A DNA stretch of 64,000 nucleotides from Verrucomicrobiales bacterium (GCA_031411295.1 JANOAV010000187.1:52341-116340), one strand, 5' to 3'. Counted from the stretch's first letter, positions 19,282 through 30,147 are shown. Numbers and translations: made by a program. Notes: generated by a model from the letters alone, not told the origin.

Positions 19282-20664
19282 ATGAACTCCTGCGGAAATA
19301 TTACCCCACTCCTCAATCGTCGCTCTCTGCTCCAAGGCATTGCCAACGGCTTCGGTTGGTTGGCCTTCAGTGGCCTGACTGGTCGCTCGCTGGCAGCAAA
19401 TGCCACCGGACCACTGGCACCAAAGCCCACGCATTTCCCCGCCCGGGCGAAGCGGGTGATCTTCCTTTGCATGACCGGTGGGCCATCGCATGTGGACACC
19501 TTCGATTACAAACCGAAGCTCACCGCCGACAGCGGTAACGCTGGGAAACGGCCTGGCACCAAGCTGCTGGGCTCCCAGTGGAAATTTTCCCAACACGGCA
19601 AGAGCGGCCTTTACCTCTCGGAATTGTTTCCCACCTTAGCCAAACACGCCGATGAACTTTGCCTGCTGCGGTCCATGCAAACGAACCTGCCAGCCCACCC
19701 GCAAGCGTTTCTAAACCTGCACACCGGTTCCTCGCAATTCGTGCGACCCTCGTTGGGCGCGTGGTCGCTTTACGGCCTGGGCACCGCCAACGAGAACCTG
19801 CCAGGCTTCGTGACCATTTCTCCCAGCACCTCGAATGGGGGTGCCCAGAATTACGGCAGCTCGTTCCTGCCCGCCATTTATCAAGGCACCCGCATCGGCA
19901 GTAATGCGCGCAGCATTGCCAATGCGCGGGTGGCTAATCTGGAACCCAGTGTAAACCAGGCTGCGCAGCGCACGGAGTTGGAACTGCTGCAATCCCTCAA
20001 TGCTCAGAAATTGAAGAAGGACATGGTGAATCCAGAAGTGGAAGGCGTCATTCAAAGCTATGAATTGGCGTTTAAAATGCAGTCGGAAATGCCGTCTGTC
20101 ATGGATGTGGAAAAGGAAACGGCTGCCACTAAGAAGCTTTACGGCTTGGACAATAACCGCACGGCAGAGTTCGGCCGCAAGTGTCTGCTGGCCCGACGCA
20201 TGGTGGAGAAAGGCGTGCGCTTCGTGGAAATTAATCACGGCAACTGGGATCAACATTTCAATCTCGGCACCGCGCTGGCCAACAACTGCAATGAAATCGA
20301 TCTACCAATCGCAGGTCTGCTAACGGATCTGCAACAACGCGGTATGCTCAAGGATACCCTCGTAATCTGGGGCGGAGAGTTCGGCCGCACACCGCATGCG
20401 CAGGGCGGAGACGGGCGGGATCATAACAACAAAGGATTCACCATGTGGATGGCCGGGGGCGGCGTGAAGGGCGGCTACAGCTATGGTGCCACCGATGACT
20501 ACGGCTACGAAGCGGTGGACAAACCCATGCCCATCCACGACTGGCACGCCACGGTCCTGGCGTTGTTAGGCTTGGATCATGAGCAACTGACATTCCCCTA
20601 CGCAGGACGAGATTTCCGTCTCACGGATACCAAAGGAACCGTGGCGAAGGAGATCTTGGCGTAA
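19282..20664 (+). CDS. DUF1501 family protein (Tat exported)
   Basis: NRRSLL Tat motif, GGPSHVDTFDYKP, GEFGRTP, GRDH. Confidence 0.92.
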   Translation: MNSCGNITPLLNRRSLLQGIANGFGWLAFSGLTGRSLAANATGPLAPKPTHFPARAKRVIFLCMTGGPSHVDTFDYKPKLTADSGNAGKRPGTKLLGSQWKFSQHGKSGLYLSELFPTLAKHADELCLLRSMQTNLPAHPQAFLNLHTGSSQFVRPSLGAWSLYGLGTANENLPGFVTISPSTSNGGAQNYGSSFLPAIYQGTRIGSNARSIANARVANLEPSVNQAAQRTELELLQSLNAQKLKKDMVNPEVEGVIQSYELAFKMQSEMPSVMDVEKETAATKKLYGLDNNRTAEFGRKCLLARRMVEKGVRFVEINHGNWDQHFNLGTALANNCNEIDLPIAGLLTDLQQRGMLKDTLVIWGGEFGRTPHAQGGDGRDHNNKGFTMWMAGGGVKGGYSYGATDDYGYEAVDKPMPIHDWHATVLALLGLDHEQLTFPYAGRDFRLTDTKGTVAKEILA

Positions 20665-20709
20665 GCGGCCCCTCGACAGTCCACACTTGCACAGCCTGCT
20701 CGCTGCGTC

Positions 20710-21576
20710 ATGCTTGCCGCCATGAAGCCGCTTGATCCCGCCACCGTTCCCTTGATCCAACTCGCCCTCGCTGAAGATGTGGGAGTGGGTGATGTCACTG
20801 CGCAATATTTTACACCAGCCACCGCTCGGACACGTGCGCGAATTTTCGCGAAGGAAGCGGGAGTTCTGGCAGGAGTGGCGGTCGCCCAAGAGGTCTTTGA
20901 GCGGGTCGATGCAGGCCTGGCCATCAAACTGCTCAAACAGGATGGAGCGGCACTCAAGGTGGGGGACACGGTCATGGAGATTTCCGGCTCGACCCGTTCC
21001 ATCCTGACGGCTGAGCGCACGGCGTTAAATTTCCTGCAACGTCTGTCTGGAGTCGCGTCACAAACACAGCGCTACGTCCAAGCGCTAGGAGTTACCAAAT
21101 GTCGGCTGTTAGACACCCGAAAGACCACGCCAGGTTGGCGGTTGCTGGAGAAAGCGGCGGTGAAGGCTGGGGGCGGCACGAACCACCGCATCGGCCTGTA
21201 TGACATGGCGATGGTGAAGGATAATCATTTGCTGGCGGAGGCCGGTTTGCCCGCCTTGCAGCATGCCATTGATGCCCTGCATCGGGATCACCCTAACATG
21301 CGTGTCGAGTTGGAAGCGGACCGCATTTCTCAAGTGGAAGGGTTCCTCACGCTGCGGGGCGTTAGTGTGATCCTGTTGGATAACATGTCCCTGGAAGAAA
21401 TGGGCCGCTGTGTCGCGCTGGTGGATGGCCGGGTGCAATTGGAGGCTAGCGGCGGAGTCACTTTGGAGCGCCTACCTCAGATTGCGGCCACTGGCGTGGA
21501 CTTCATTTCCTGCGGGGCGCTGACGCACTCAGCCAAGGCCTTGGATTTGTCATTGGAATTGCTCGGGGACGCCTAA
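20710..21576 (+). CDS. nadC: Nicotinate-nucleotide pyrophosphorylase
   Basis: AERTALN, DTRKTTPG, KDNH, ILLDNM, EASGG. Confidence 0.97.
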   Translation: MLAAMKPLDPATVPLIQLALAEDVGVGDVTAQYFTPATARTRARIFAKEAGVLAGVAVAQEVFERVDAGLAIKLLKQDGAALKVGDTVMEISGSTRSILTAERTALNFLQRLSGVASQTQRYVQALGVTKCRLLDTRKTTPGWRLLEKAAVKAGGGTNHRIGLYDMAMVKDNHLLAEAGLPALQHAIDALHRDHPNMRVELEADRISQVEGFLTLRGVSVILLDNMSLEEMGRCVALVDGRVQLEASGGVTLERLPQIAATGVDFISCGALTHSAKALDLSLELLGDA

Positions 21577-21635
21577 AACTCATTCCTCCCCTTGCCCCTT
21601 GCGTTGGGGCCATTTTTGCTTCAGGTGCCCTGCCT

Positions 21636-22886
21636 ATGAAGATACTCGTTGTTGGCAAAGGTGGTCGGGAACACGCGTTGATTACAGCCTTGGCGGCATC
21701 GCCTCAGGCTACGGAGATCTATGCATTTCCCGGGAGCGATGCGATTTTCGCGCTCGCGCAGCGGACCACGGCCACGGATCTGGACTCGCTGATCGATTTC
21801 ATGAAGGCGCAGGAAATTGAGCTGTGTGTGGCAGGCGAGGAAAGCTACCTAGTCACCGGCATCGGCCTGGCCAATGCGTGCGAAGTCGCTGGCATTCCCT
21901 GCTGGGGGCCGCCTAAAGCGAGTGCGCAGTTGGAAGCCAGCAAGGAGTTCGCCAAGCAATTCCTGGTGCGCCATCAGATCCCCACTGCACGCTATGTGGC
22001 CGTCGAATCCTACGACGAGGGCGTGGCCGCCCTGACTGAATTTCCCATCGTGCTCAAGTTCGATGGTTTGGCCGCCGGCAAGGGCGTGGCCGTGTGTGCT
22101 AACCGGGAGGAGGCCCTGGAGTTCCTGGATACCATTTTCGTGAAAAAGTCTTTCGGGCCGGGTCGGTTAGTGGTGGAACAATGTTTAGTGGGACCGGAAC
22201 TGAGCGTCTTCGCCTCCATCGTGGACGATCAATACCACATCCTCTGTCCCGCACGTGACTACAAACGAATCTTTGATGCTGACGGGGGGCCGAACACCGG
22301 TGGCATGGGCGCGGTGGCCAGCTTGGAGATCGTGTCACCGGAAATGTTGGCAACCATCGAGCGAACGATCGTCCAGCCCACGGTAGCCGGCCTGCGCCAG
22401 GACGGTCTGCGCTACCGGGGGTTCCTCTATTTCGGACTCATGCTCACGGCGGACGGACCGAAAATCATTGAATATAACTGCCGGTTTGGCGATCCTGAAT
22501 GTGAAGCGGTCATGCCCTTGGTGAGTGGAGATTTCGCCCAGTATTGCTTGGATGGAGCCCGGGGCACGCTGCGTCCAGAGTTGTTGACCTTTGCCGGAGG
22601 CTGGAGCATCTGTCTCATTCTGGCGTCCGCTGGCTACCCTGCGACTAGTCGCAGTGGCGATGTCATTTCCGGCTTGGACTCGACTGCTGGAGTGCGCGTC
22701 TATCACTGTGGCACCCGCAAGAATGCGGCAGGAAACTTCGAAACCAACGGCGGTCGAGTCTTGGCAGTGGTCGCCCAAGCGCCTACCCGTCAACGGGCAC
22801 GCGAGCAAGTCTATGCCGAGGCCAGCAAAATCGACTTCCCCGGTTCCCAAAGACGCTCCGACATCGGAGAACGGAACTTTACCTAA
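21636..22886 (+). CDS. purD: Phosphoribosylamine-glycine ligase
   Basis: GGREHAL, GLAAGKGV, GPNTGGMG, EYNCRFGDPE. Confidence 0.97.
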   Translation: MKILVVGKGGREHALITALAASPQATEIYAFPGSDAIFALAQRTTATDLDSLIDFMKAQEIELCVAGEESYLVTGIGLANACEVAGIPCWGPPKASAQLEASKEFAKQFLVRHQIPTARYVAVESYDEGVAALTEFPIVLKFDGLAAGKGVAVCANREEALEFLDTIFVKKSFGPGRLVVEQCLVGPELSVFASIVDDQYHILCPARDYKRIFDADGGPNTGGMGAVASLEIVSPEMLATIERTIVQPTVAGLRQDGLRYRGFLYFGLMLTADGPKIIEYNCRFGDPECEAVMPLVSGDFAQYCLDGARGTLRPELLTFAGGWSICLILASAGYPATSRSGDVISGLDSTAGVRVYHCGTRKNAAGNFETNGGRVLAVVAQAPTRQRAREQVYAEASKIDFPGSQRRSDIGERNFT

Positions 22887-22902
22887 CTAAAGTCAGGAAG
22901 GA

Positions 22903-25257
22903 TCACGAGCGCTTCCGATGGGTAAAGGGAAGGCTCTTGGCCACTCCGAGGATGAGGCTGGAGAGTCGATAATCCGGAGCTGCGTCTGCCAAAATTTTCC
23001 GCACGGCCGGGGCATCACTGAACTCCAAGCCCCGACCCAGCGCGTAGGTTAGGAGCTTTTCCGTCACGGTGCGGGCAAACAGTTCCGGCCGCTGCAGCAA
23101 GCCGTGTTCCAGGCCGGAGATGCCTTGGAAGACTTGGCCATCAGGCAATCCACCGGACGCATCGACCGGGCCTTCGCCTTCAAGGGAGCGCCAGCGGCCC
23201 GTTGCATCATAATTCTCCAACGAGAAACCCACCGGGTCCATGAGGTTGTGACACACTGCGCAACTCTGCTTCTCCCGATGCACTGCCAGGCGCTGTCGCA
23301 TCGGCAGAGTGGAATCCACCACGGCATCGTCCAGCGCGGGGATGTTGGGCGGTGGCGGCGGGGTGGGGGTTCCTAAAATGTTATCGAGAATCCAATTGCC
23401 ACGGATCACGGGAGAGGTGCGATTGGCATAGGAGGTCACCGTGAGAATGCTGCCCTGCCGCAGCAATCCGCCCCGATGATCCTGCTCGGTTAGGTGAACG
23501 CGGCGGAAGCGGCTGCCCTGCACCTGCGGGATGCCGTAATGTTTGGCGAGCCGCTCGTTAAGGAACGTGTAGTCCGCCTGGAGCAAGTCCACCACGCTGC
23601 GATCCTCGCGAAAGATGCTTTCGAAGAACAGTTCCGTTTCCTGACGAAAGGCTTGGCGGAGGTTGTCATCGAAATCAGGGAACAGCCGCAGGTCGGGCGC
23701 CACCGATTGCAGATTGCGCAGTTGCAGCCATTGGTTGGCGAAGTTTGTCACAAGCGCGCTGGCCTTGGGATCGGCTAACATGCGCTGCACTTCCTGGGAG
23801 AGCACGGCGGGGTCCGTCAACTTCCCGGTCGTGGCTTGCGATCGCAGTTCCTCGTCCGGCAGACTGCTCCAGAGAAAGAACGAGAGTCGCGAAGCCAGAG
23901 TCACATCATCCAAGCGATAAACGGTTCCTGCGGCCAAATCTGGAGGATCCTGCTCGATGCGGAAGAGGAATTGAGGACTGACAAGAATGGCGCTTAGCGC
24001 GTTGGTGATACCATCCGCAAAATTTCCTGCGGCTCGCCCGTCCCGATAAAATGCCATGGGTCCAGCCATGTCATCGGCGGCCACGGGCCGACGGTAAGCA
24101 CGTTCCAACAACTGGCGAATGATGCTCTCCGCACAGGCGGTTTCCTCGTCAGGGTTGGCGGGCTGCTTGATGAAGATCCGCGCCTGGCTGGCGGTTGGGG
24201 TGCCGGAGGGGTGCACCGAGAATGGGCCGGACAGGGAAACTTGATACACCGCCGGAGCCTGACGCGGATGACGGTGGAGATTGAACGCCGCATCATAGGG
24301 CTTTTGCTTGGTTTCGCGGAGCGCAGAGGATTTCCTGACAAAGGTCACGCCGATTGCATGGGCCCCTTCTGGAACATGGATCCTAGCCTTTAAGTCGGCA
24401 TCCACCTTCGTGTCATCCTTGCCTTTGGCTGGCTTGACGGTGAACTCGGCGCGCTGGTTGCCATCGATGAGCACTACCAATTGGTGCGGTTCCCTCAGGC
24501 CTTCCACTTCTTCATTCCGATCCCGCGTTAGGCGCACTTCGATTTCATAATCACCCGCCACGGGAAACGTATGTTCCACCAAAATCCCACCGCGCGTTCC
24601 CAAGGGCAAACCCTCCACCTGCTCCTCCTGCGTGCGATCTGGTGGCACCCGCACGACCTTCACTTGCGCGCTCTGATCGCCACCCACAGCCAGCTGACTA
24701 ATCTTCTCTGCGGCACTGAGATACCGATTCAACAACGTGGGGGAAAGGCTGCCGACGGTAATGTTATCGAAACCGTGGCTGGATTCATCCTTGGGCAGCA
24801 ACTCCGTCACGTCCACGTCCAGCGAGAGTAAATCCCGGATGGCATGATGGTATTCCGTGCGGGTTAAGCGACGCATGGCGGGAACCTTGCCGGGTTCGGG
24901 AGATTTCACCGCCAGGGTATCCAACGCGGTCGTTAGTCCCGCCAACTGCGCCAAATACTCCGCTTCCTGCGGGCGAACTTTCTCCGCCATCGGCGGCATT
25001 TGCCGGGCCCCGAGCCGTCGGGCCACCTGCTCCCAGACCGCCGGACGATCCGCGAGTTCCCGGCCTTTCAGCGCCTCTAAATTCAGCCCGCCCCGCTCCG
25101 AAGCGGCATCATGGCACTGCATGCAGTAATGGTCGAGGAACTCTGGAAGAGATTTCTGCGGCTCTGCGGCCAGCGGTCTGCCTGACCACAACAAGATGCA
25201 GGTTAGGATCATCCCCCAACCATCGGTTCTCCTGCGGTAAAAGCGCTGTGGCAACAT
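22903..25257 (-). CDS. DUF1592/1588/1587/1595/1585 cytochrome c protein
   Basis: CMQCH, RRLTRTEY, LASRLSFFLWSSLPD, TSPVIRG, CAVCH. Start uncertain (25257 or 25212). Confidence 0.9.
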   Translation of the reverse strand: MLPQRFYRRRTDGWGMILTCILLWSGRPLAAEPQKSLPEFLDHYCMQCHDAASERGGLNLEALKGRELADRPAVWEQVARRLGARQMPPMAEKVRPQEAEYLAQLAGLTTALDTLAVKSPEPGKVPAMRRLTRTEYHHAIRDLLSLDVDVTELLPKDESSHGFDNITVGSLSPTLLNRYLSAAEKISQLAVGGDQSAQVKVVRVPPDRTQEEQVEGLPLGTRGGILVEHTFPVAGDYEIEVRLTRDRNEEVEGLREPHQLVVLIDGNQRAEFTVKPAKGKDDTKVDADLKARIHVPEGAHAIGVTFVRKSSALRETKQKPYDAAFNLHRHPRQAPAVYQVSLSGPFSVHPSGTPTASQARIFIKQPANPDEETACAESIIRQLLERAYRRPVAADDMAGPMAFYRDGRAAGNFADGITNALSAILVSPQFLFRIEQDPPDLAAGTVYRLDDVTLASRLSFFLWSSLPDEELRSQATTGKLTDPAVLSQEVQRMLADPKASALVTNFANQWLQLRNLQSVAPDLRLFPDFDDNLRQAFRQETELFFESIFREDRSVVDLLQADYTFLNERLAKHYGIPQVQGSRFRRVHLTEQDHRGGLLRQGSILTVTSYANRTSPVIRGNWILDNILGTPTPPPPPNIPALDDAVVDSTLPMRQRLAVHREKQSCAVCHNLMDPVGFSLENYDATGRWRSLEGEGPVDASGGLPDGQVFQGISGLEHGLLQRPELFARTVTEKLLTYALGRGLEFSDAPAVRKILADAAPDYRLSSLILGVAKSLPFTHRKRS

Positions 25258-25354
25258 CGTAGCCGATTTCACGATGGATCCCCCTGTCCCGCAATCCCTT
25301 TTTAGCGGGTAAATTTGCCTGGGAGTGGCGCAAGTCTCTCCGCCATGGCATCTA

Positions 25355-26293
25355 TTACTCAACAAACAGCAAGCCCGCCCGCCGGCGCGCCCAACGCCCA
25401 CCGGGGAGATTACATTTGGCAATGGCAGCGGTGGACGGAGCGATGGCCCGCACTTGTTCGATGAGTTCCAAGCTGATCAATGGCACTTGGTGATACTGCA
25501 GCCAGGCTTGCACGGCTCTGCGTTGAATGGCGATGGGAACTGCCAGCAGGGCAGTGGTGGATAGCGTGGTTGCCGAGGGAAACCGTTGTGCAGTGTATTC
25601 AGCCAGGAAATCCTCTTCTGCTTGAGCCACCTGCGCCAAGCGACCTAACGATGGTTGGACATTGCGCTGCATCATGGCGCTGGCAGAGGGCAGGAGTTCG
25701 TGCCGCAGGCGGTTCCTTAGGTAGTCGGAGGAAGTATTGCTGGCGTCTTCCTGAAATTTCACGCCATGGAAGGTCGCATATTCCCGCAGCGCTTCGCGCG
25801 GACAATCAAGCAGGGGGCGGATGATTTCCAATCCCCCACCAAGACTGGTGCGGAATCTCATACCCCCCAGACCGCGCAGGCCACTACCGCGCAGGACATT
25901 CATGAGCACGGTCTCGGCTTGATCATCGGCGTGATGCCCAAGGAAGATCTCACTGCAATCGGTCTGCTGGGCGCATCGCTGGAAAAATGCCTGACGGGCT
26001 TGGCGTCCGGCGGTTTCCAAGGAAATTTTATCCGTGCCGGCTTGGGCGCGGACATCGCAGGACTCGATGATCGCTGCGTAGCCTAACGTGGCAGCTGTTG
26101 CCTGCACTAGGGAGGCATCAGCCTGGGCTTCCGCCCGCAACTGATGATCCAAATGACAGACGACGAGGTCCTTGAAATCCAATTGGTGTAGCGCATGCAG
26201 CAGAGCCATCGAATCACACCCGCCAGACACAGCGACGAGATATTTCCGCGTGGGCGGAAAATCAGCGAGCGTGGTGGCTACTAAGGAAAGCAT
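25355..26293 (-). CDS. tilS: tRNA(Ile)-lysidine synthetase
   Basis: AVSGGCDS PP-loop, GHHADDQAET, IIRPLL, RNRLRH. Confidence 0.93.
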   Translation of the reverse strand: MLSLVATTLADFPPTRKYLVAVSGGCDSMALLHALHQLDFKDLVVCHLDHQLRAEAQADASLVQATAATLGYAAIIESCDVRAQAGTDKISLETAGRQARQAFFQRCAQQTDCSEIFLGHHADDQAETVLMNVLRGSGLRGLGGMRFRTSLGGGLEIIRPLLDCPREALREYATFHGVKFQEDASNTSSDYLRNRLRHELLPSASAMMQRNVQPSLGRLAQVAQAEEDFLAEYTAQRFPSATTLSTTALLAVPIAIQRRAVQAWLQYHQVPLISLELIEQVRAIAPSTAAIAKCNLPGGRWARRRAGLLFVE

Positions 26294-26341
26294 GGGGAAG
26301 TCTGGTTGCACGAAGCTGGGTTCTACGCCAGCACTTCCTGC

Positions 26342-27016
26342 ATGTCACCTCAACATCATCAAGGCTCCTGGTTCGAGCTGCAAGCATGGCTTCATTCGAG
26401 ATCGTGCGTGCAGGCAGTGATCTGCGACATCTACGGAACGCTGCTGAAGGTGAGTCCACCGTCTGGAAAGAGCAGCCATCTCTTGGACTACTGGTGCGGA
26501 CAACCCGGGGGCACGCCGCAGAATTTATTAAACGGACGGCTGGCCGACTGGGTGGCAGTGGAACATGCGGAGAGTTCCCAAGCCTTTCCCGAGGTCGATT
26601 GGGTGGCGTTGTTTGGGAAATGTTTTCCGTCCGTGACGACTCGATCATTGCTAGCGCGCTTGGCCCGGCACCACGCGAGGCAGCAGCGCAGTTGCGAATT
26701 GGCTCCGGGTGCGGTGGAGTTCCTGACGACATGCGCCCTGCCAATCGGGCTCTGTTCCAACGCCCAAGCCTATACACTGATGGAGTTGCGCTTGGCGCTG
26801 CGGGAAGCGCAGTTGTCGTTGGCGCGTTTTGATTTCAGCAGGTCGTTTTTTTCCTATCAGGAAGGTATTGGCAAACCGCACCCGGAAATTTTCCCGAGGC
26901 TGAGGGACCGCTGGGAACTTCCCTCCGAGTCGCTGCTTATGGTGGGAGATCGTTTCGATAACGACATTCAACCAGCCATGCAAGCTGGGTGGAATACCTG
27001 GCAGATCACCGTGTAA
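26342..27016 (+). CDS. HAD-family hydrolase
   Basis: DIYGTL, SNAQ, GKPHP, VGDRFDND. Confidence 0.88.
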   Translation: MSPQHHQGSWFELQAWLHSRSCVQAVICDIYGTLLKVSPPSGKSSHLLDYWCGQPGGTPQNLLNGRLADWVAVEHAESSQAFPEVDWVALFGKCFPSVTTRSLLARLARHHARQQRSCELAPGAVEFLTTCALPIGLCSNAQAYTLMELRLALREAQLSLARFDFSRSFFSYQEGIGKPHPEIFPRLRDRWELPSESLLMVGDRFDNDIQPAMQAGWNTWQITV

Positions 27017-27079
27017 GGCTTCCGCGCTTTCGTGTTCGTGCGAAGATGCCATCCGCTGACTCTTCCGGCATACAGCAGC

Positions 27080-29368
27080 ATGACATCGCACCATCTCTTA
27101 CTTCCCCTGCTGGCCTGGATGGCGTTTTCGGCACTGGCCGCTGATCGGCTTCCGCAAACTTCGACGTTGGACTGGCCGGAGGAAGATCTGTCGGGGCGCA
27201 TGATGGACGGGGCGCATCGGTTTGTGGAACGAAAAATTGCTGAGGCCGGAGCAAAGCGGGCGCAGTTCTGGAAATATGATGCCAGCTCGGAGGCGGCTTG
27301 GAATGCCGCAGTGGCGGGGAATCGAGCGCGATTCCAGGAAATCATTGGGGCCGCCGGAGTGCGCCCCACTCCGCAACTGGAGCGCTTTGGGGACGACACG
27401 GCTCCGGCCGTGGTGGCGGAAACCAGCGTTTACCAAGTCCTGCAAGTGCGCTGGCCAGCGGGAGAATCTGTGTTTAGTGAAGGCCTGCTGGTGCAGCCTA
27501 AGCAAGCCGTCACAGGCTGCATCGTGGTGGTGCCGGATGCAGATCAAACGCCGGAGCAATTGCTGGGGCTGGCCCCCGGTCTTCCGGCAGACCATCAGTG
27601 GGCGCGACGTTTGGCAGAGAATGGCATGACGTTAGTGATCCCAACGTTGGTGACGCGGCGGCTGATGGAATTGGACGATCCTACGCTGAAGCCCAGCGCG
27701 CAGACGGAGCGGGAGTGGATTTACCGCCAAGCCTATCACATGGGGCGACACGTGATCGGCTATGAAGTGCAGAAAGTGCGGGCTGCCGTGGATTGGATGA
27801 AGCAACGACATCCCGCAGCCAAGGTGGGCGTGGCGGGATATGGCGAGGGCGGATTGATTGCCTTCTATGCGGCGGCAGTGGATTTGCGGATTGATGCCGC
27901 GTTGGTTAGTGGTTATTTTGATTCCCGCGAGCAAGTCTGGTCCGAGCCCATCTTCCGCAATGTGTGGAGCCTGCTGAAGACGTTTGGCGATGCGGAAATT
28001 GCCTCGTTGATTCTGCCCCGGTCGTTAGTGATCGAGCATTCCGAAGGACCAAATTTCAAGGATAGCAAAGGGGAATCGAAGCCACCGCAGGGCGTGTCGG
28101 TGCGGCAGGAGTTCCAACGCATCCCCACCCCTGCTGGATTCCCCAAGCCCAGCTTGATCGCTGGCCCGGATGATGCTTCCATCGGCCCGGGAAGCGAACA
28201 GGCGTTGCAGGAGTTTGCGGATCGCCTGGGTCTGGGTAAACTGGCGCCTCTCACGGCAGACATCCCCACAGATCAGCGGCAAAATTTCACACCGGAAGCA
28301 CGTCGTCGTCGTGTGCTGAACAACCTGGAGCAAGCGGCCCAGCAGTTGGTGCAGAAGTCGGAGGTGGTGCGGGACCAAGCATTTCTCTATCAAGTGATGC
28401 CAGAACTGGCGGTGCGTAAATGGACCACGGAACCCACGCTGCCCACGCAGGATGCCGCGAAATTCATCGCTGGCGCGGCGGCGTATCGCGAACGTTTCTT
28501 GACGGATGGCATGGGGAAATTCGACGAAGCCCCCGTGGCGCTGAATCCCCGGTCCCGCTTCTTTCGTGAGGGGGAGAAGTGGCTGGCTTACGATGTCGTC
28601 CTGGAAGTCTGGCCGGAAGTGTTTGCCTGGGGCGTGCTGGTATTGCCGAAGGATATCAAGGAAGGGGAGCAACGGCCGGTGGTCGTTTGCCAGCATGGTC
28701 GCGATGGACTACCGAGCAAGACGCTGGACGCTGGGGTTACGGGTTATGGACAAGTGGCGGTAAAATTAGCCGAGGAGGGATTCATCACGTTCGCCCCGCA
28801 TAACTTGTATCGGGGCGAGGACAAATACCGCTGGCTCTGCCGGAAATCCAACAACGTGCAAGCCACCTTGTTCTCGTTCATCCTTGCCCAACACGATGCC
28901 ATCCTTCGTTGGTTGGGAAGCGTGCCGCAGGTGGATGCCAAGCGCATCGGATTCTACGGGTTAAGTTACGGTGGGGAAACGGCCGTCCGGGTGCCGACGA
29001 TTCTGCCTGGCTATGCGCTGTCCATTTGTGCAGGCGACTTCAATCAATGGACGCGCAAGGTGGCCGCTACAGACTATCCCAACGGCTTCATGCGCAGTAT
29101 CGAGTGGGAGATGCCCTATTGGAATCTGGGCCATACCTTCGATTACGCGGAGATGGCCTACCTCATGATCCCCCGACCGTTCATGGTCGAACGCGGTCAC
29201 CTCGATCTGGTGGGCACCGACTCCTGGGTGGCGCACGAATACGCCAAAGTCCGCTGGCTCTATGCGCAGTTAGGTTTGGCGGACCGCACCACGATTCAGT
29301 TCTACCAAGGCGGGCATGCGATGAAACAGGAGGAAAGCTTCCGTTTCCTGCGGGAGCATTTGCGATGA
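27080..29368 (+). CDS. Secreted tandem dienelactone-hydrolase-like alpha/beta hydrolase
   Basis: Signal peptide; two repeats with GYGEGG and GLSYGG. Confidence 0.8.
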   Translation: MTSHHLLLPLLAWMAFSALAADRLPQTSTLDWPEEDLSGRMMDGAHRFVERKIAEAGAKRAQFWKYDASSEAAWNAAVAGNRARFQEIIGAAGVRPTPQLERFGDDTAPAVVAETSVYQVLQVRWPAGESVFSEGLLVQPKQAVTGCIVVVPDADQTPEQLLGLAPGLPADHQWARRLAENGMTLVIPTLVTRRLMELDDPTLKPSAQTEREWIYRQAYHMGRHVIGYEVQKVRAAVDWMKQRHPAAKVGVAGYGEGGLIAFYAAAVDLRIDAALVSGYFDSREQVWSEPIFRNVWSLLKTFGDAEIASLILPRSLVIEHSEGPNFKDSKGESKPPQGVSVRQEFQRIPTPAGFPKPSLIAGPDDASIGPGSEQALQEFADRLGLGKLAPLTADIPTDQRQNFTPEARRRRVLNNLEQAAQQLVQKSEVVRDQAFLYQVMPELAVRKWTTEPTLPTQDAAKFIAGAAAYRERFLTDGMGKFDEAPVALNPRSRFFREGEKWLAYDVVLEVWPEVFAWGVLVLPKDIKEGEQRPVVVCQHGRDGLPSKTLDAGVTGYGQVAVKLAEEGFITFAPHNLYRGEDKYRWLCRKSNNVQATLFSFILAQHDAILRWLGSVPQVDAKRIGFYGLSYGGETAVRVPTILPGYALSICAGDFNQWTRKVAATDYPNGFMRSIEWEMPYWNLGHTFDYAEMAYLMIPRPFMVERGHLDLVGTDSWVAHEYAKVRWLYAQLGLADRTTIQFYQGGHAMKQEESFRFLREHLR

Positions 29369-29429
29369 CAAGAACCGATGTTCACGAAGCTGTTTCGACG
29401 AAATTACCGGGTCGTAAGTGTGAACGGTG

Positions 29430-30086
29430 TTACTTCCCTGCCTTTTCTTTCAACTCCACACCGAGCTTCTTCAGCTTCTCCACTTTGGGCGCGACCACGT
29501 TGCAGAGGTAGCGATAGTTGCCCGTGGCGTTGGGCATGTGGGTGTTGAAATAGTCCTGATGGTAGGCTTCAGCGGGATACCAGATATCCAGTTTGGTGAT
29601 TTCCGTGACTACCGGATTCTTGTGCACGCCGGAGGTGTTGACGGCGGATTTGACCTTCTCGGCGGTGGCCTTCTGCACATCATTGTGGTAGAAGATGGCG
29701 GAGCGGTATTGCGTGCCCGTGTCCGGCCACTGGGCATTCAGGGTGGTGGGGTCGTGCAGGTCGAAGAATAATTGCAGGATCTTTTCGTAGGTGATGACAG
29801 TGGGGTCGAAGGTGATTTGCACGCCTTCCGCATGACCACTGAGGCCGGTGCAGATTTCTTCGTAGGTCGGATTTTTGGTTTTGCCGCCGGTGTAACCGGA
29901 AACAACTTTTTCCACGCCTTTAATGCGTTCGATGGTGGCTTCGAGGCACCAGAAGCAGCCTCCGGCTATGGTCGCAATTTCCATTTTTGGTTTAGCGGTT
30001 AGTGGTTTGGTGGGCTCATCAGCCGCCGGAGCAACTGTTAGGCCAAGTGAGAACAGGCAGGGGAGCAGGAGAGCGGAAAATTTCAT
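29430..30086 (-). CDS. msrA: Peptide methionine sulfoxide reductase A, exported
   Basis: GGCFWC, GYTGG, HDPTTLN, AEAYHQDY; N-terminal signal peptide. Confidence 0.95.
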   Translation of the reverse strand: MKFSALLLPCLFSLGLTVAPAADEPTKPLTAKPKMEIATIAGGCFWCLEATIERIKGVEKVVSGYTGGKTKNPTYEEICTGLSGHAEGVQITFDPTVITYEKILQLFFDLHDPTTLNAQWPDTGTQYRSAIFYHNDVQKATAEKVKSAVNTSGVHKNPVVTEITKLDIWYPAEAYHQDYFNTHMPNATGNYRYLCNVVAPKVEKLKKLGVELKEKAGK

Positions 30087-30147
30087 AGAGAGATGGACAG
30101 TGTGGCGTAGATTACGCAATTCAACCCGCGCTGTCAATCCAACGCAG

